DNA of 64,000 bases, from contig CM120643.1 in the NCBI GenBank assembly GCA_051362555.1, forward strand, positions 1,922,001-1,986,000, given 5' to 3'. A program made the translations under genes and the position numbers. The DNA is from Lingula anatina (Eukaryota; Animalia; Brachiopoda). Shown here in pieces: positions 53,016 through 64,000 of the stretch. Below the pieces are notes generated by a model. The model made no database searches and was not told the origin of the DNA. It saw only the letters and a program-made list of their open reading frames with translations. Each line of letters begins with the position of its first letter. Position 1 is the stretch's first letter.

Positions 53016-53357
53016 GTCGGAAATGATTATGCAGTTGGTCCGATAGCGGTTCTTTATGAAAGTCTTGGTCCTGATACTGTGGTACCTGGTGAAAAGTTCG
53101 TGGGGAACGGTTTTAACATCTCGGTAATTGAGAAAGATGGCGATTGGTACATTCAGGTTCGCTGCATACTTCCGCCATCCTCCCTGTTCGATATTTGGAT
53201 ACATGTGGCCCGACATTGTCTCCAGCTTCACATTCCTCCGGTCTGGCAATCCCAGATAGAAGGGATATGTGGGGATTGGGACGGAGATCCAGGGAACGAT
53301 GTTACGACACTTGACAGCTGGCCACAGGTGACGGCTCCGTTTAGGAGGTTCCCCTAA
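53016..53357 (+). CDS. VWD gene copy B exon 3 (C-terminal half of VWD); spliced product 264 aa
   Basis: TTGCAG|GTC acceptor. Ends IEGICGDWDGDPGNDVTTLDSWPQVTAPFRRFP*. Exons of 181+272+342 = 795 nt give an intact frame. Confidence 0.88.
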   Translation, partial: VGNDYAVGPIAVLYESLGPDTVVPGEKFVGNGFNISVIEKDGDWYIQVRCILPPSSLFDIWIHVARHCLQLHIPPVWQSQIEGICGDWDGDPGNDVTTLDSWPQVTAPFRRFP

Positions 53358-53673
53358 CACCACACGACGCCGATGACGTAAGTTAATTGTATTTTATCTG
53401 AAATATCTTTTAAGTTATAACCACGAGATTGTTGTAGTTACTCGCTCTCATTCTCTCTCTCCCACACACATACGAAAGTACGCAAGCGGCATCCCCAGAA
53501 AACATTTTTCCTAAAATCATATTTCACACCCAAAAATTTAGATTTAAAAACGTCAATTTTGTATCCTGATTTTTCAGCATTTCGTTCTCCCTTACATAAA
53601 TAATTTGTTTCTATCAAAATCATGACAGACACCGGCAAATTTATAATATTTGTCTCATTTCTCTTTAAATCAG

Positions 53674-54951
53674 GATATTACTCGATGATCCATGGCGTGA
53701 TGACCAAAGAACCAATCAACCAACCGACCAACTCTGTGCAAACTATGTCTTCTTTCTCCAGTGATTGATGTTCATGTGGAACAAGGGAAGCGCTGGACGC
53801 CATTTTATGTTTCACAGCCGTATACTTGGACACAGGTTTACTACTGACCATGTCACTTAGACTTCTAAATCCCTATTCCCATGGAATCTCTCTATCTATT
53901 GACTGACAGAATTGAGAAAAGTTGATTTTAGACTCACTTACTTATTGTTCTTTGGTGAACGTCCACTGGAGAGTTGAATATCTACAAAAGGAACGGAATC
54001 ATGGACAATGGAAGTGAAATTTGTGGGGGTGCACGCTACTCTTTTGGTGCTACGATAACTGTTCTATTTTTTGTTTGTTTGTTTGTTTTAATTTTGACAG
54101 TGGTCCTAATGCAATTTCTTGCATGTGGATTTTTGTAATGGGGTTGAATGAAATATATTGCCGTATCAGGTGTATGACATTTTTTCGAGGAAGTAAACAA
54201 ATATGGATAAATTTCCGAACATAAGAATGACCATGACAGAGAAAAACACATTTGGCACTTAAAAAAATGCAATGTGGCGCAAAAGAAAAAAAAAAATACT
54301 TCTAGTGCTTTTTATAACTTTTGTTTGATAGAGTTCACCTGGTGAAGTACAGTGGTCACGTGATTTAAATTGGGTACGATGTAGTGACAATAACTTCAAA
54401 ATGTAATTGTCATTTTAATTTTTGATTTATATTTCTCTTTAATTCGTTTCGCCGTGCTTGTGGCTTTAAAATCGTTATTAAAAGGTATCAATATGATATC
54501 AAATGATTGTAGTTTATTTTAATTATGTTAAAGGGGAAAGATAAAGAATTCCGTGGATATTTTCTTATAATTGGTCTAAAGTTTTAATATAAAAACATCT
54601 TGATTAAAAAATAAATAAATAAATAAATAAATAAAATCACAAAGCATCGAATATAAAATAGGTCCTTTCGATGCAATGTCATCACTGGTTCTCTGGCCGA
54701 TGCAGTTTTTTTTGTAATTGAGGGCTAGGATGTAACATCGTACCTGCTCTTAGGGGAGAGGAGGGGGTTACAAGTATGAAAAATTACAAACAGACGACGG
54801 CAACATTGCTATATTAATTTGACGGACAAAATGCATCTTTTTTATAGTTAATTTCCCTTTTAAAAGGGCAAGAAGAGATATCTCAGAAGCTGAGGGCAGG
54901 GCACGTGCCCACTGCCCCTTCCTGACGATGTTTTTATAACTTATAAATAAA
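53674..54951 (+). other. Copy B exon 4 (3' UTR)
   Basis: Donor GAC|GTAAGT at 53377, acceptor CTCTTTAAATCAG|G, and AATAAA at 54946 homologous to copy A. Confidence 0.55.
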
Positions 54952-55196
54952 TTACACGGCACGCACCCAGTTGAAGGCTAATGGCAAAATCAACTGAATA
55001 CATTTTCAAGTGCAAAAAGTAAAACTTTAAAGCATCCTTAAGGCATACTTTTGATCCAATCGCCGCATAGAAGAATAATTCGGTGAAAAAGAAAGAAAAA
55101 ATACCCCAAAAATAATAAACCAAATACACACCTCTTCCATTTTTACTAAGGTCGACCATTGTTTCCAAGAAACTGAGATTTGAAAAACTACTTACT

Positions 55197-55397
55197 CAGT
55201 CAGATGGCAACTGGCTGAAAAACGTAACGTCATGGCGGTTATTTGAAACTTTTCAGTGAGTCCGCGTCACGAAATAGCGCCGTTATTGGACAGCTGCGAT
55301 GGTTACGAATTTTACAAAATTTCGACCGCGACGTCATCTCAGTGCACGCGCTCCGTTCTGAATATTTTCCTACGCGCAGCCAGTTGCCATATGACTG
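55197..55397. mobile_element. Unclassified ~200-bp MITE
   Basis: 21-bp TIR CAGTCA(G/T)ATGGCAACTGGCTG with one mismatch, and ACT on both flanks. Confidence 0.6.
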
Positions 55398-55418
55398 ACT
55401 GCACGTACTACAGTGTAT

Positions 55419-55676
55419 CAGTGGCGGATTTAGAGGGGGTCAGGGGGGGTCCTGAAAAATATATCACACAATTTTTCCCTCTTGAAATTAGAATTTGACT
55501 AGCTGAATCATAGTTCTAAACAGTGCCAAAGGTCACCGTTTGCCCTCCAAAACACCAAAAATTTTTTTCGGCCCTTGAGCAGACCCCGAACCCCACTCCA
55601 AGAGAGCGATGGTCAGCTACGCATCCGAGGCCTGTCGTTCCCAACCCCCCCTTAAAGAATCCTGGATCGGCCCCTG
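55419..55676. mobile_element. hAT-type MITE relic (CAGTGGCGGATT...GGATCGGCCCCTG)
   Basis: Imperfect TIRs with G-rich and C-rich subterminal tracts. No clear TSD. Confidence 0.5.
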
Positions 55677-56770
55677 TAATATAAAATCACACCAATGCGC
55701 TTTATTTCTTCAATTTGAATTTTTCTGATATGTAATTAAATATTTTTTTTCAAAATTCTCATGATGTGCAGTGTAATAAGTTTATGTAAATTCGCGTATA
55801 TATGTTTGTTGATTGCATTCAATCATGACATGCCTATTGCATGTGGTTAAGTGAATTCATGATTCACAGAAGAGAATGGCTTTTTTTTTTTTTAATTAAA
55901 GTATTCTTAACTGCTGTCATTGCCAAAGGAGTGTAGCAATTAAACCCCGAACCCAGCTCACAGAAAATTGGTTGAGACAGTTATGTTTGCAGAGCCTTGG
56001 AATATAAATTGCCTTACGTGCGGCGGCGGTCAATGCGTTGGGTGAGACGTAGAAAACACGATCTGGATCTGCGATTACCCTTAATGCAGTCGCAGTATAC
56101 ACTTACAGCAACAATCAAAATCCTAATCTCCCGTAAAATAAATCAATGATTATTTTGCAGTTGTGCTGCCTTCTGGTTAGCTGTATGATTCTCTAAAATC
56201 TTTCCCAAATTTGCCGTCCCACTGCTGGTACTCCCTCCATGCCCCCTCCCCCCTGATCCTGCACAGTGGGTAAACCACAAGTGACAACATATAACCCTCT
56301 GGACCCTCCCACTGGTACCCCACTAAATATACCAGACGCGTAAACATTTTAGCCTTCAAGACCCTTCCTTCCTCAAAACAGTTAAACGTAGGGAGGAAAA
56401 GGATATCAAAAAAAAAAAAAAAAAAAAAAAAAAACTTTCTCCGTCTTTCTTTATTTTCTTGGTTCTACAGTTGTACCATAAATTTTTATTGTGAATGGTA
56501 ACTGGAGGATGGACAGAAACGTTAAAAATTTCTCAGCAGATATGCTTAGAATATCATGTATGAGGGGGAGAAACCTTTGGCATTAAAAGTTGCGACAATT
56601 TCTGTGGGATAGTGGCGGTGTCTGTAAGGCTGTAATCGGGGCATTCTGCTCTATAAACCTGACATCATTCTTCCTTCAGTATGCTTACAGAGGACACTGC
56701 AACACTGCCATCTATCGTCATTCTACTTGTGTTAGTAAGGAGTGTAAATAGTGGATTTTCATGGTGAGGT

Positions 56771-59263
56771 TGTAGGGGTCCATGTTCCACCCTACCCAGG
56801 TTCTTCTAATATTTCGCTTGTCACTGATGCATGGGAGAGGGAATATAACCACAGACTCACATATTCAGTTCCAAGTCTAAAAGTCCTTTAATAAGACCAA
56901 GCATTCAGCATTTATACACATTATCTACAGGGAATCTCTCTGCATTCCACAGTGGCAGCAACTCATTTAAATACTAATTGCAATGCAATAGATAACAAGT
57001 GAGTGAAAGTTATATCAGTTCTACTTATCAGGTATACCTATACAAAGGATGATGATTTTAGATATTCATTCAAGACTGAAGCAAGGTGAATGATAATGTG
57101 CTGACTGATTATATAATCATAACATGTAGATGAGTGAGTTTATCACTTGCCTTCAGTGGACCTTAACATATTCCTTCTTTTCCCACAAATTGAAATATAG
57201 ATTCCACAGAATACTCAAAGATAACATTTTGACAGCAAAATACTTATACAAAATATCTATGTCATGATTCAACTACAAAAACAATATTATTCTATCAAAT
57301 ATCATTACTTTAACTAACAATTGTAATTAATTCAGTTCATTATCCATTCTATTGCTGTACAAAGACATGTCATTATTGTAATGAAATTAAATTTGAATGT
57401 TTATGCTCCCAAAATATTTTGAAAAAGAAAACTGTCCAGTTATCATACAGATGGTTTAAATAACAGCTTTTCTAATGGACTGTACATTTAAAATCTCAGT
57501 TGAACAATTCAGTATTAGGTATATCATGAAACTATATTCTTTCTTCTATAATACATATCTTGGGAATCTCCCAACATGTTGGAAATTTACCATTTTTAAA
57601 TAAACAAAAACTACTGTCACATATTCTTTATAATCCAATTTAACCTTATATGTAAACACAATTTATCTTATTACTTTCAAATATGTAAGTCATGAATCAT
57701 TTGGTGCAATTTTACTTAAAACATTGAAACAACTTAAGATAAATATCTATAAATCCCATATATCTCATTTTTCCTAACCTACAGTACAGCCCTAACTGAT
57801 GTATTATCCTTTAAATGAATAAAAAAATCATATCTTAATTTGCAGTTTGGAAGAAGTGTCCATTTTAGTTTCTTTGCCATAAACTTTCTCTGCACCTTTC
57901 TGTTGTCTCTGTGAAAGTCCCATTTTATATCTGTCCATTCTTTTGCATTCTCATAAACATTTTCTGTGTCTGAACCTTGTCTGTCTTCATTCTCTACAAC
58001 TTTAAGTACCTCCTCACTTGCACTTTGTTCTTCATTCTCTTTAACTTTAACTTCCTCCTCGCCTGCACTTTGTTTCACCTCTACTTCAATCAGTTTGTCT
58101 CTGTCTGTATCTTTGAAATGAGAAAATCCATTTCCATCGGTTCATCATTAAGTCCTTCATCAGCATTCTTTACATAATCCATTACAGCCTTTTCATCTAC
58201 ACCTAGTTTCTCCACATACTTTGGGTCATCATCATCATCAAGTCCTTCATCCGAATTCTTTACATCATCTGTTAAAGCCTTTTCAACTACATCAGGTTTC
58301 TCATAATATTTCAGTTCACCCATTTTACTCTCACTTAATCTGTTGTCATCATCATCATCAGTTTTCTTCCCTAGCTCTTGTTCATAATCTTTCGCGACAG
58401 ACACTTCTTGTTTCTCCCCTTTTTCGAAATCAGTTCTCTTTCCTACCTCTTGATCATTTACAAAAATAATGTCCTCGCTCAGTTCATTCCCATCTTTTTC
58501 TTCACCTACAACTTGTTCCTTCACAATCTCCATCATACATTCATCTTCTTTAGCAGTACTCAATGTCTCGACTTCAGTTCCCTTCTCCATTTCTGATGGT
58601 CCATCTACTTTGCTTTGGTTTCTATCTTTAACTTCTTCTGGTTTCATTTCAGATTCTGCACTAATGTCATTATTTTGTTGTTGCAAACAGCCATATTGTT
58701 TTTGTAACAAGTCGGCTAGCTTGGATAGGCATTCTACCAGTCTGCCGTTAATATTATAGTCCTTTTCAGAATCCCAGTCATCATCTTCATACACATACTC
58801 ATTTTCAAAGCTGGATCCGTAGCTGTATCCCTCCCCCGCAGTGACCCTGGTCGAGCTCGCCATTATGTAGGGGTCCATGTTCCACCCTACCCAGGTTCTT
58901 CTAATATTTTACCTGTCACTGATGCATGGGAGAGGGAATATAACCACAGACTCACATATTCAGTTCCAAGTCTAAAAGTCCTTTATTAAGACCAAGCATT
59001 CAGCATTTATACACATTATCTACAGGGAATCTATCTGCATGCCACAGTGGCAGCAACTCATTTAAATACTAATTGCAATGCAATAGATAACAAGTGAGTG
59101 AAAGTTATATCAGTTCTACTTATCAGGTATACCTATACAAAGGATGATGATTTTAGATATTCATTCAAGACTGAAGCAAGGTGAATCATAATTTGCTGAC
59201 TGATTATATAATCATAACATGTAGATGAGTGAGTTTATCACTTGCCTTCAGTGGACCTTAACA
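56771..59263 (-). mobile_element. Non-autonomous LTR retroelement (2493 bp, Gypsy-like hallmarks)
   Basis: Two 398-bp TG...CA LTRs (56771-57168 and 58866-59263, ~8 mismatches), 4-bp TSD AGGT, PBS-like TGGCGAGCTCGACCAGGG next to the right LTR, purine tract AAAAGAAGGAATA next to the left LTR on the minus strand, and empty site GGTGAGGTTAACCC at ~38657. Confidence 0.92.
58090..58863 (-). CDS. Orphan acidic (E/D/K-rich) ORF inside the LTR element, with a probable frameshifted continuation 58078-57779
   Basis: About 257 open codons from MASSTRV. Short helical segment GRLVECLSKLADLLQKQ and an internal repeat EKA..D.VKN.DEGL. No gag zinc knuckle, protease, RT or integrase motifs seen. Confidence 0.5.
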   Translation of the reverse strand: MASSTRVTAGEGYSYGSSFENEYVYEDDDWDSEKDYNINGRLVECLSKLADLLQKQYGCLQQQNNDISAESEMKPEEVKDRNQSKVDGPSEMEKGTEVETLSTAKEDECMMEIVKEQVVGEEKDGNELSEDIIFVNDQEVGKRTDFEKGEKQEVSVAKDYEQELGKKTDDDDDNRLSESKMGELKYYEKPDVVEKALTDDVKNSDEGLDDDDDPKYVEKLGVDEKAVMDYVKNADEGLNDEPMEMDFLISKIQTETN

Positions 59264-60139
59264 AGGTTATCCCACGTTCAGTATGTGCATGTATTTGCGC
59301 GTTACACCACGCAATTCAGGGAAACAAGGGAAGCATATATTACTTGTTTGAGAAATTATACATACAGTTAAAGCACAATTTATGACATTCTTATGTATTA
59401 TGGTGTAATAGTGGCCGCAAACCCAATTTTACCAGCTTGTTAAATTATTCATTGAAAGCTGCTACATTCTGATGCTCAGAAGTTCTGTAAAAATCTAGGT
59501 ATACTGGTGAATCGTTTTAAGAAAATACTTTGATATATTACATCTCTCGAAATTATCTGAACGTCCAGTGAAACATTAAAAAAATTTACCACTAGAAGAC
59601 AGTCAATATTTGACAGACTGTCACCTGTTTCACAGATATTATATATTATACAATATAAAAGCAGCATATTACACCAGCACGTAGCTGCTGATGCATTTTC
59701 TCACCGACCACAATTAGGTTTACCCGGTAGCAGGTTGCTAATATGGTGTAATATGACTCTGTTCTGTTCCATTTCACCTACATTTGTATTCTGTATCTAC
59801 AACGAAGATTTCATTGAGATAAGAGGGAAAATATCCATGAAAAGAATGTGCTAAATAACCAGGAGGGAAGCAGAGCCAGTTTGACGTGACCTGCATACAC
59901 GTATAGTAGATTTTTTCTTCTGTATGATAAAAGACAAGTACTGTGACTTAAATGAAGTGATGGCAATGAAGAAACTCATGTGAAAACCAACTGGGAGAAA
60001 ACAGATGTAGAAAGACTAAGCAGAAACAAGTTATTTTGGTCTTATTTTATCTTTTTTTTTTGAGATTTTGATAACCGATGTTAGATGATAGAAATGTCAG
60101 GTTGAGTCCTGAAAGATAAAACGTCTAAAGTTATAACAG

Positions 60140-62240
60140 CTCTGAATTGATGTTTGCTAGGGGTGGGTGGTGGGGGTGGGGTGGGGGGGGGGGGTGGAGT
60201 GAAGGGTAACAGGAATGAAGGTCCATTTTTCTCTAATGTCATACATGCGACGATTAAAATGACATTGCATCTGCTAAATTGTTCAGTTTAATAGTTTATG
60301 TAAAAGATTGAGAGGTATCCTCTAAAAGTGTTACTCAATTTATGTTACTTGAGGTTTTAAGTAATATTGATACTAACCCAATCTTATTTGTGGACCTTTG
60401 AAATACTCTAACTACACACATTGTTCCCAAACATACAACCTATTCAGTTTTCTGAATTATTTGGAGCTGTTACTCAGCAATATCCGGGAAAATGTAAAAT
60501 GAAGGTGTGTCGATAGAAAAATGTGACTTACTTATCCTTAAAAATAAAAAAGTATACTACATTCGCACATGAAAATTTTTGATAAAACTACGAGGTGAAC
60601 AAAACCACAGTTTTCAGACCAACACATCAGCTTCACAAGCGACATCCAAATAGTAGAGCTGTTTCCCCAGTACAGGTAAATGTCTCCCTCATCAAATAGG
60701 TAACATATAACTTATATGGCTTGATAAGAAACATGGCACTAACAGTTTGTACATAGGTTCTTATTTTAGGATGAATGGGCAACGTTTTTAGTTTAAATGT
60801 ATTCGAAAATACAAACTATAATGATAGCTAGGACTTAGGCTTGTGCAATTCAAGAGTTGAAGACAGATGTGGAAAGACTGACTTAGGAAGCTTAATGCTT
60901 ATTTTGAAATGCTAGTTATAAAAAATATTTCTGGAGTATATTTAGGCCCGTCATATTCTAAAACATCATATTGCTTTTAAGTCGCTTGAATGATTTCAGA
61001 AACGTGATTTGAATTTTGATTTTCCACAAATGTAGCGTTCCATTTGACACGCAAGATACATTTAATCTCGAATTTAATAAAACGTAGAAAAGTGATCTAA
61101 TTATTTAGCGATTAAGGGTATTATGCTCAACGTTTACCACAAAAGAAGCTTTCTGGCTCAATCTCTTCATTAAATATGCGACGTCTTTGCTATTGCCATC
61201 ATAATTTACCTAATCTCTTAAACTCTAATTAAAATCTTCAGATGAAACGGAATACACTGATAAAAAACAGAAATAACAACATATGGCAGTTGAAAACAGA
61301 TTTTGCTACTCATGAATCATAATGGGGTGACTGGGGACGGGGAAAGCTACGTACGCCAGGGCAAATAAGAAACTCGCAACGCACCTCTTTCAATAGCTGA
61401 AACAGCACTATGAAACAGCTTACATGTATGTATGTATGTATCTTAAAAAAAACTTCAGTATCAGGTTAGAACTGAGAGAAGACTGGCCTGATCCCGATCG
61501 ACTCTGAATTGTTGTTTGCTAGGGGTACGGGGGATGAAGGGAATCTGGAATGAAAGTCCATTTTTCTCTAATGTCCTACAAGCGATGATGAAAATAACAT
61601 TAAATCTGCTCCATTGTTAAATTCAGTATATGGAAAAGAGTGAGAGGTAGCTTCTAAAAGCATGACGCAATTTGTGTTACTTGACGTATTTTAAGTGATA
61701 TTTGATACTAACCCAATCTATTCAGCTTGTATTGACGTTTATTAAAAGAAAAGGAGGCGATTGACATCAAAATGTAAGACGTGTATATTCATTGGCCGAG
61801 GAAATAAAACGATTATTATGAAAATATGAGAAACGATAATTTTTTTCCGGAGTATTTTTGGCTCGTCATTATCTAAAATGACACGTAGGATACTTGAAAT
61901 CTCGAATTTGATAGAATGTGGGGAAAGTCATTTAATGATTTTGGCCTTAAGGTTTATGCTCAACGTTTGCGGCAAAGAGATGCTGTCAGCTGGCTCAAAC
62001 ACTTCATTAAATATGTGACGTCTTTCCTATTGCCATCATATTTTACCTCAGCTCCCAAACACTAAATAAAAACTTCAGATAAAACAGAATGCAATGACAA
62101 AAACAGAAATGGCAACATATAGCCTTTGAAAGTAAACTTTTGCCTGTCCTGAATCATAATGGAGTGGCTGAGAGATAGACAAATCACAAACCAGCAACGC
62201 ACTTCTTTCAGTAGCTCAGACAACACCATGAAACAGCTTA
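60140..62240. repeat. Local tandem duplication within the unit C upstream region
   Basis: 60140-60400 matches 61500-61720, and 60920-61420 matches 61840-62240. Confidence 0.7.
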
Positions 62241-62978
62241 AACAAATATAGGATTGGTCAGAAATCGCAACAAAATGGCATGATTAAGAATACAATAGGA
62301 GCTGCATATAACTGCAACTCGAACTGAATCTCTGAATGATAAGATGACACGCGTGCACAGTGTGGAATATACCTGAACGTTATAAGATGGAAAAATTGTC
62401 TTACGAAACCTTACCACACAGAATTTTCTGCTTAAGACGGCTGACACCCGCATTAATTAAGCTAGAATGTCTTCAAAAATACTAAATATTTCATACATTA
62501 GGTAAAGTCACTGATTTAGATTCCATTTCATGGTTCATTGTGGTATAATTAAGAAATTTTCGCGGTTCTCTGAAGTCTCCTTGGGGGGGGGGGGAGGCGG
62601 GGGTAGCAACAAGATATCAATACTCAAGGATTGTTGATGTTGATAGTTGATGTGAGAGGACGGAGACAAAATATGAACACTTTTTATGGTATGATTATTT
62701 TTGTCCGATGTGTCCGATTTAGTTTGTACTCGTAATATTGTGAGGCATTGAAACTGGTCGATTAAGAAAGAAAAGACGTGGGGATGGGCTACTTCAAAGA
62801 TATTACGTTATCATCAATTGGGGTTGACTGGCAAATTCGAACACCGTTAAAGCATATAGCAGTTTGGCCCAGAGCGTGAAATTTAAAGTTTCTTTAATGT
62901 CTAGGATAATTTTGTAGTACATTGTAAATGAGCAATTTAAGACTTAAATGTATTAATATAAAACATTTGAACTAGATT

Positions 62979-63116
62979 CAGTCCTGTAGCTAGCAATTTC
63001 AAAAGGGTAGTATCTTTTTCTGAAAAGTAGAACTATTAACATAAACCTAAATTAAAATTTTACTCAGCGGGGCTCAAAAAGGGCGGTTCTTTCGAACCCC
63101 CCAAGCTACCGGCCTG
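62979..63116. mobile_element. Diverged copy of the 24382 MITE upstream of copy C
   Basis: CAGTCCTGTAGCTAGCAATTTCAAAAGGG...GCTACCGGCCTG with flanks AGATT/ATATT. Absent at the homologous sites ~31015 and ~46395. Confidence 0.7.
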
Positions 63117-63415
63117 ATATTATTTAACAGTCGTCGCAGAAGATCCCATCTGCAGCGACATGACAAAGATCAGCTTAACATCATTTGAATTTTACTGTAA
63201 ATATTGAGTGAGAAATGGACCTTGAAATCCTTCCCTATCTCTCCCTTTTTACCTCCCTCTCTGTTTTCCTCTTTCTTTCTTGTTTTTTTAATCTTTATTT
63301 TTATTTGTGAAACCCACAACTCCTCTGCATCAACCTACGCATATAGATAGAACACGCATGCGTACTCTCAGTTTGCCAACGTGGAGATTTGCTGCGTGTC
63401 CAACTTTAAAAGTTG

Positions 63416-63452
63416 TATAAATAAGAAGAACGGGGGCATGTGTTTCGCAGTT
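63416..63452 (+). promoter_or_regulatory. TATA box and initiator of VWD gene copy C
   Basis: TATAAATA at 63416-23 and GCAGTT at 63447-52. Confidence 0.65.
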
Positions 63453-63503
63453 GCCGTTTCTCCTTCTGCTACACATTCGCCAAGAAAGGATCCTCTCTTG
63501 AAG

Positions 63504-63690
63504 ATGACAGGACAAAAAGGCGTGGCCGTGCTTCTGATCATCGCTTTGACAACGGTGACATCCGTTACTGGCGCGGGTCCCATCCCCCTTACTCAGGAGG
63601 AAATGGATCAACGAGCCATTGCTGCGGCTGATATGGCTAACCTTCCATTCGCTGATCAGATGTTAGCTGGACTGCCCCCTGGTCCAATAC
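63504..63690 (+). CDS. VWD gene copy C exon 1 (rest of gene beyond window)
   Basis: MTGQKGVAVLLIIALTTVTSVTGAGPIPLTQEEMDQRAIAAADMANLPFADQMLAGLPPGPI, 187 nt, same phase-1 GTAAGT donor. Confidence 0.85.
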
Positions 63691-64000
63691 GTAAGTTAAA
63701 CTTTTCCGTAAAATTGCAAACCTGGCCGAATGTGAAAACGAAGATTTATCGTTGACGACTTTAACCTAGGTGTTGGCAAGAATATCTTTCTGCTGCAGCT
63801 TTTAACTAGTTTGGTCATCTAACGCTACTGTACCACATACATATGTTATGAAGTATAAGGTTAAGCTTTTAAGTTATCAAAAGTGTGTTTAACGTAAAAT
63901 TTGTAAATCTATAGTTCTTGTAACGAAATAAATCCAACATGTTGCCGACAAATTTTGTTTAAAGAAAGAAAGAAAAGGTCAAAGAAAAAATAATTTAGGA

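Larger units (their letters stand above)
24770..64000 (+). repeat. Tandem segmental duplication of three ~15-17 kb units (A ~24770-38370, B ~38370-56480, C ~56480 to beyond window)
   Basis: Homologous blocks recur, e.g. 24770/39390/59520, 29000-30400/44240-45650/60960-62600, and ATGs at 31383/46766/63504 (spacings 15383 and 16738). Boundaries are approximate. Confidence 0.9.

Noticed and set aside
63381-63755. 124-aa ORF (and 31377..31589, 46751..46981) as complete small secreted peptides
   Set aside because: All three have a conserved GTAAGT donor whose phase matches exon 2, so the tails are intron read-through. The upstream extension overlaps the TATA box.
1-64000. CRISPR arrays, operons or other prokaryotic systems
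   Set aside because: Spliceosomal introns, microsatellites and eukaryotic transposons occur throughout, and no repeat-spacer periodicity is present.

Overview
AT-rich, microsatellite- and transposon-laden eukaryotic DNA, most consistent with an invertebrate animal (a mollusc-like repeat landscape is my inference; the species cannot be fixed from the sequence). In the left third (1-~21 kb) is the 5' part of a minus-strand PX-domain gene resembling PXDC1. Its first coding exon is 17052-16788 and I could not place any later exon. From ~24.8 kb to the end is a tandem segmental array of three ~15-17 kb units. Each carries a plus-strand gene for a ~263-aa secreted protein: signal peptide, acidic Pro-rich linker, and one stand-alone divergent VWD (von Willebrand factor type D) domain. 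Copy A has a 1-nt frameshift in exon 2, copy B is intact, and copy C runs off the window after exon 1. The VWD exons differ between A and B mainly by amino-acid replacements, while the leader exon and UTRs stay similar, which suggests diversifying selection. Comparing units reveals filled and empty sites for an RTE LINE, a small non-autonomous LTR element carrying an orphan acidic ORF, and several MITEs. All counts and identities below are manual estimates.
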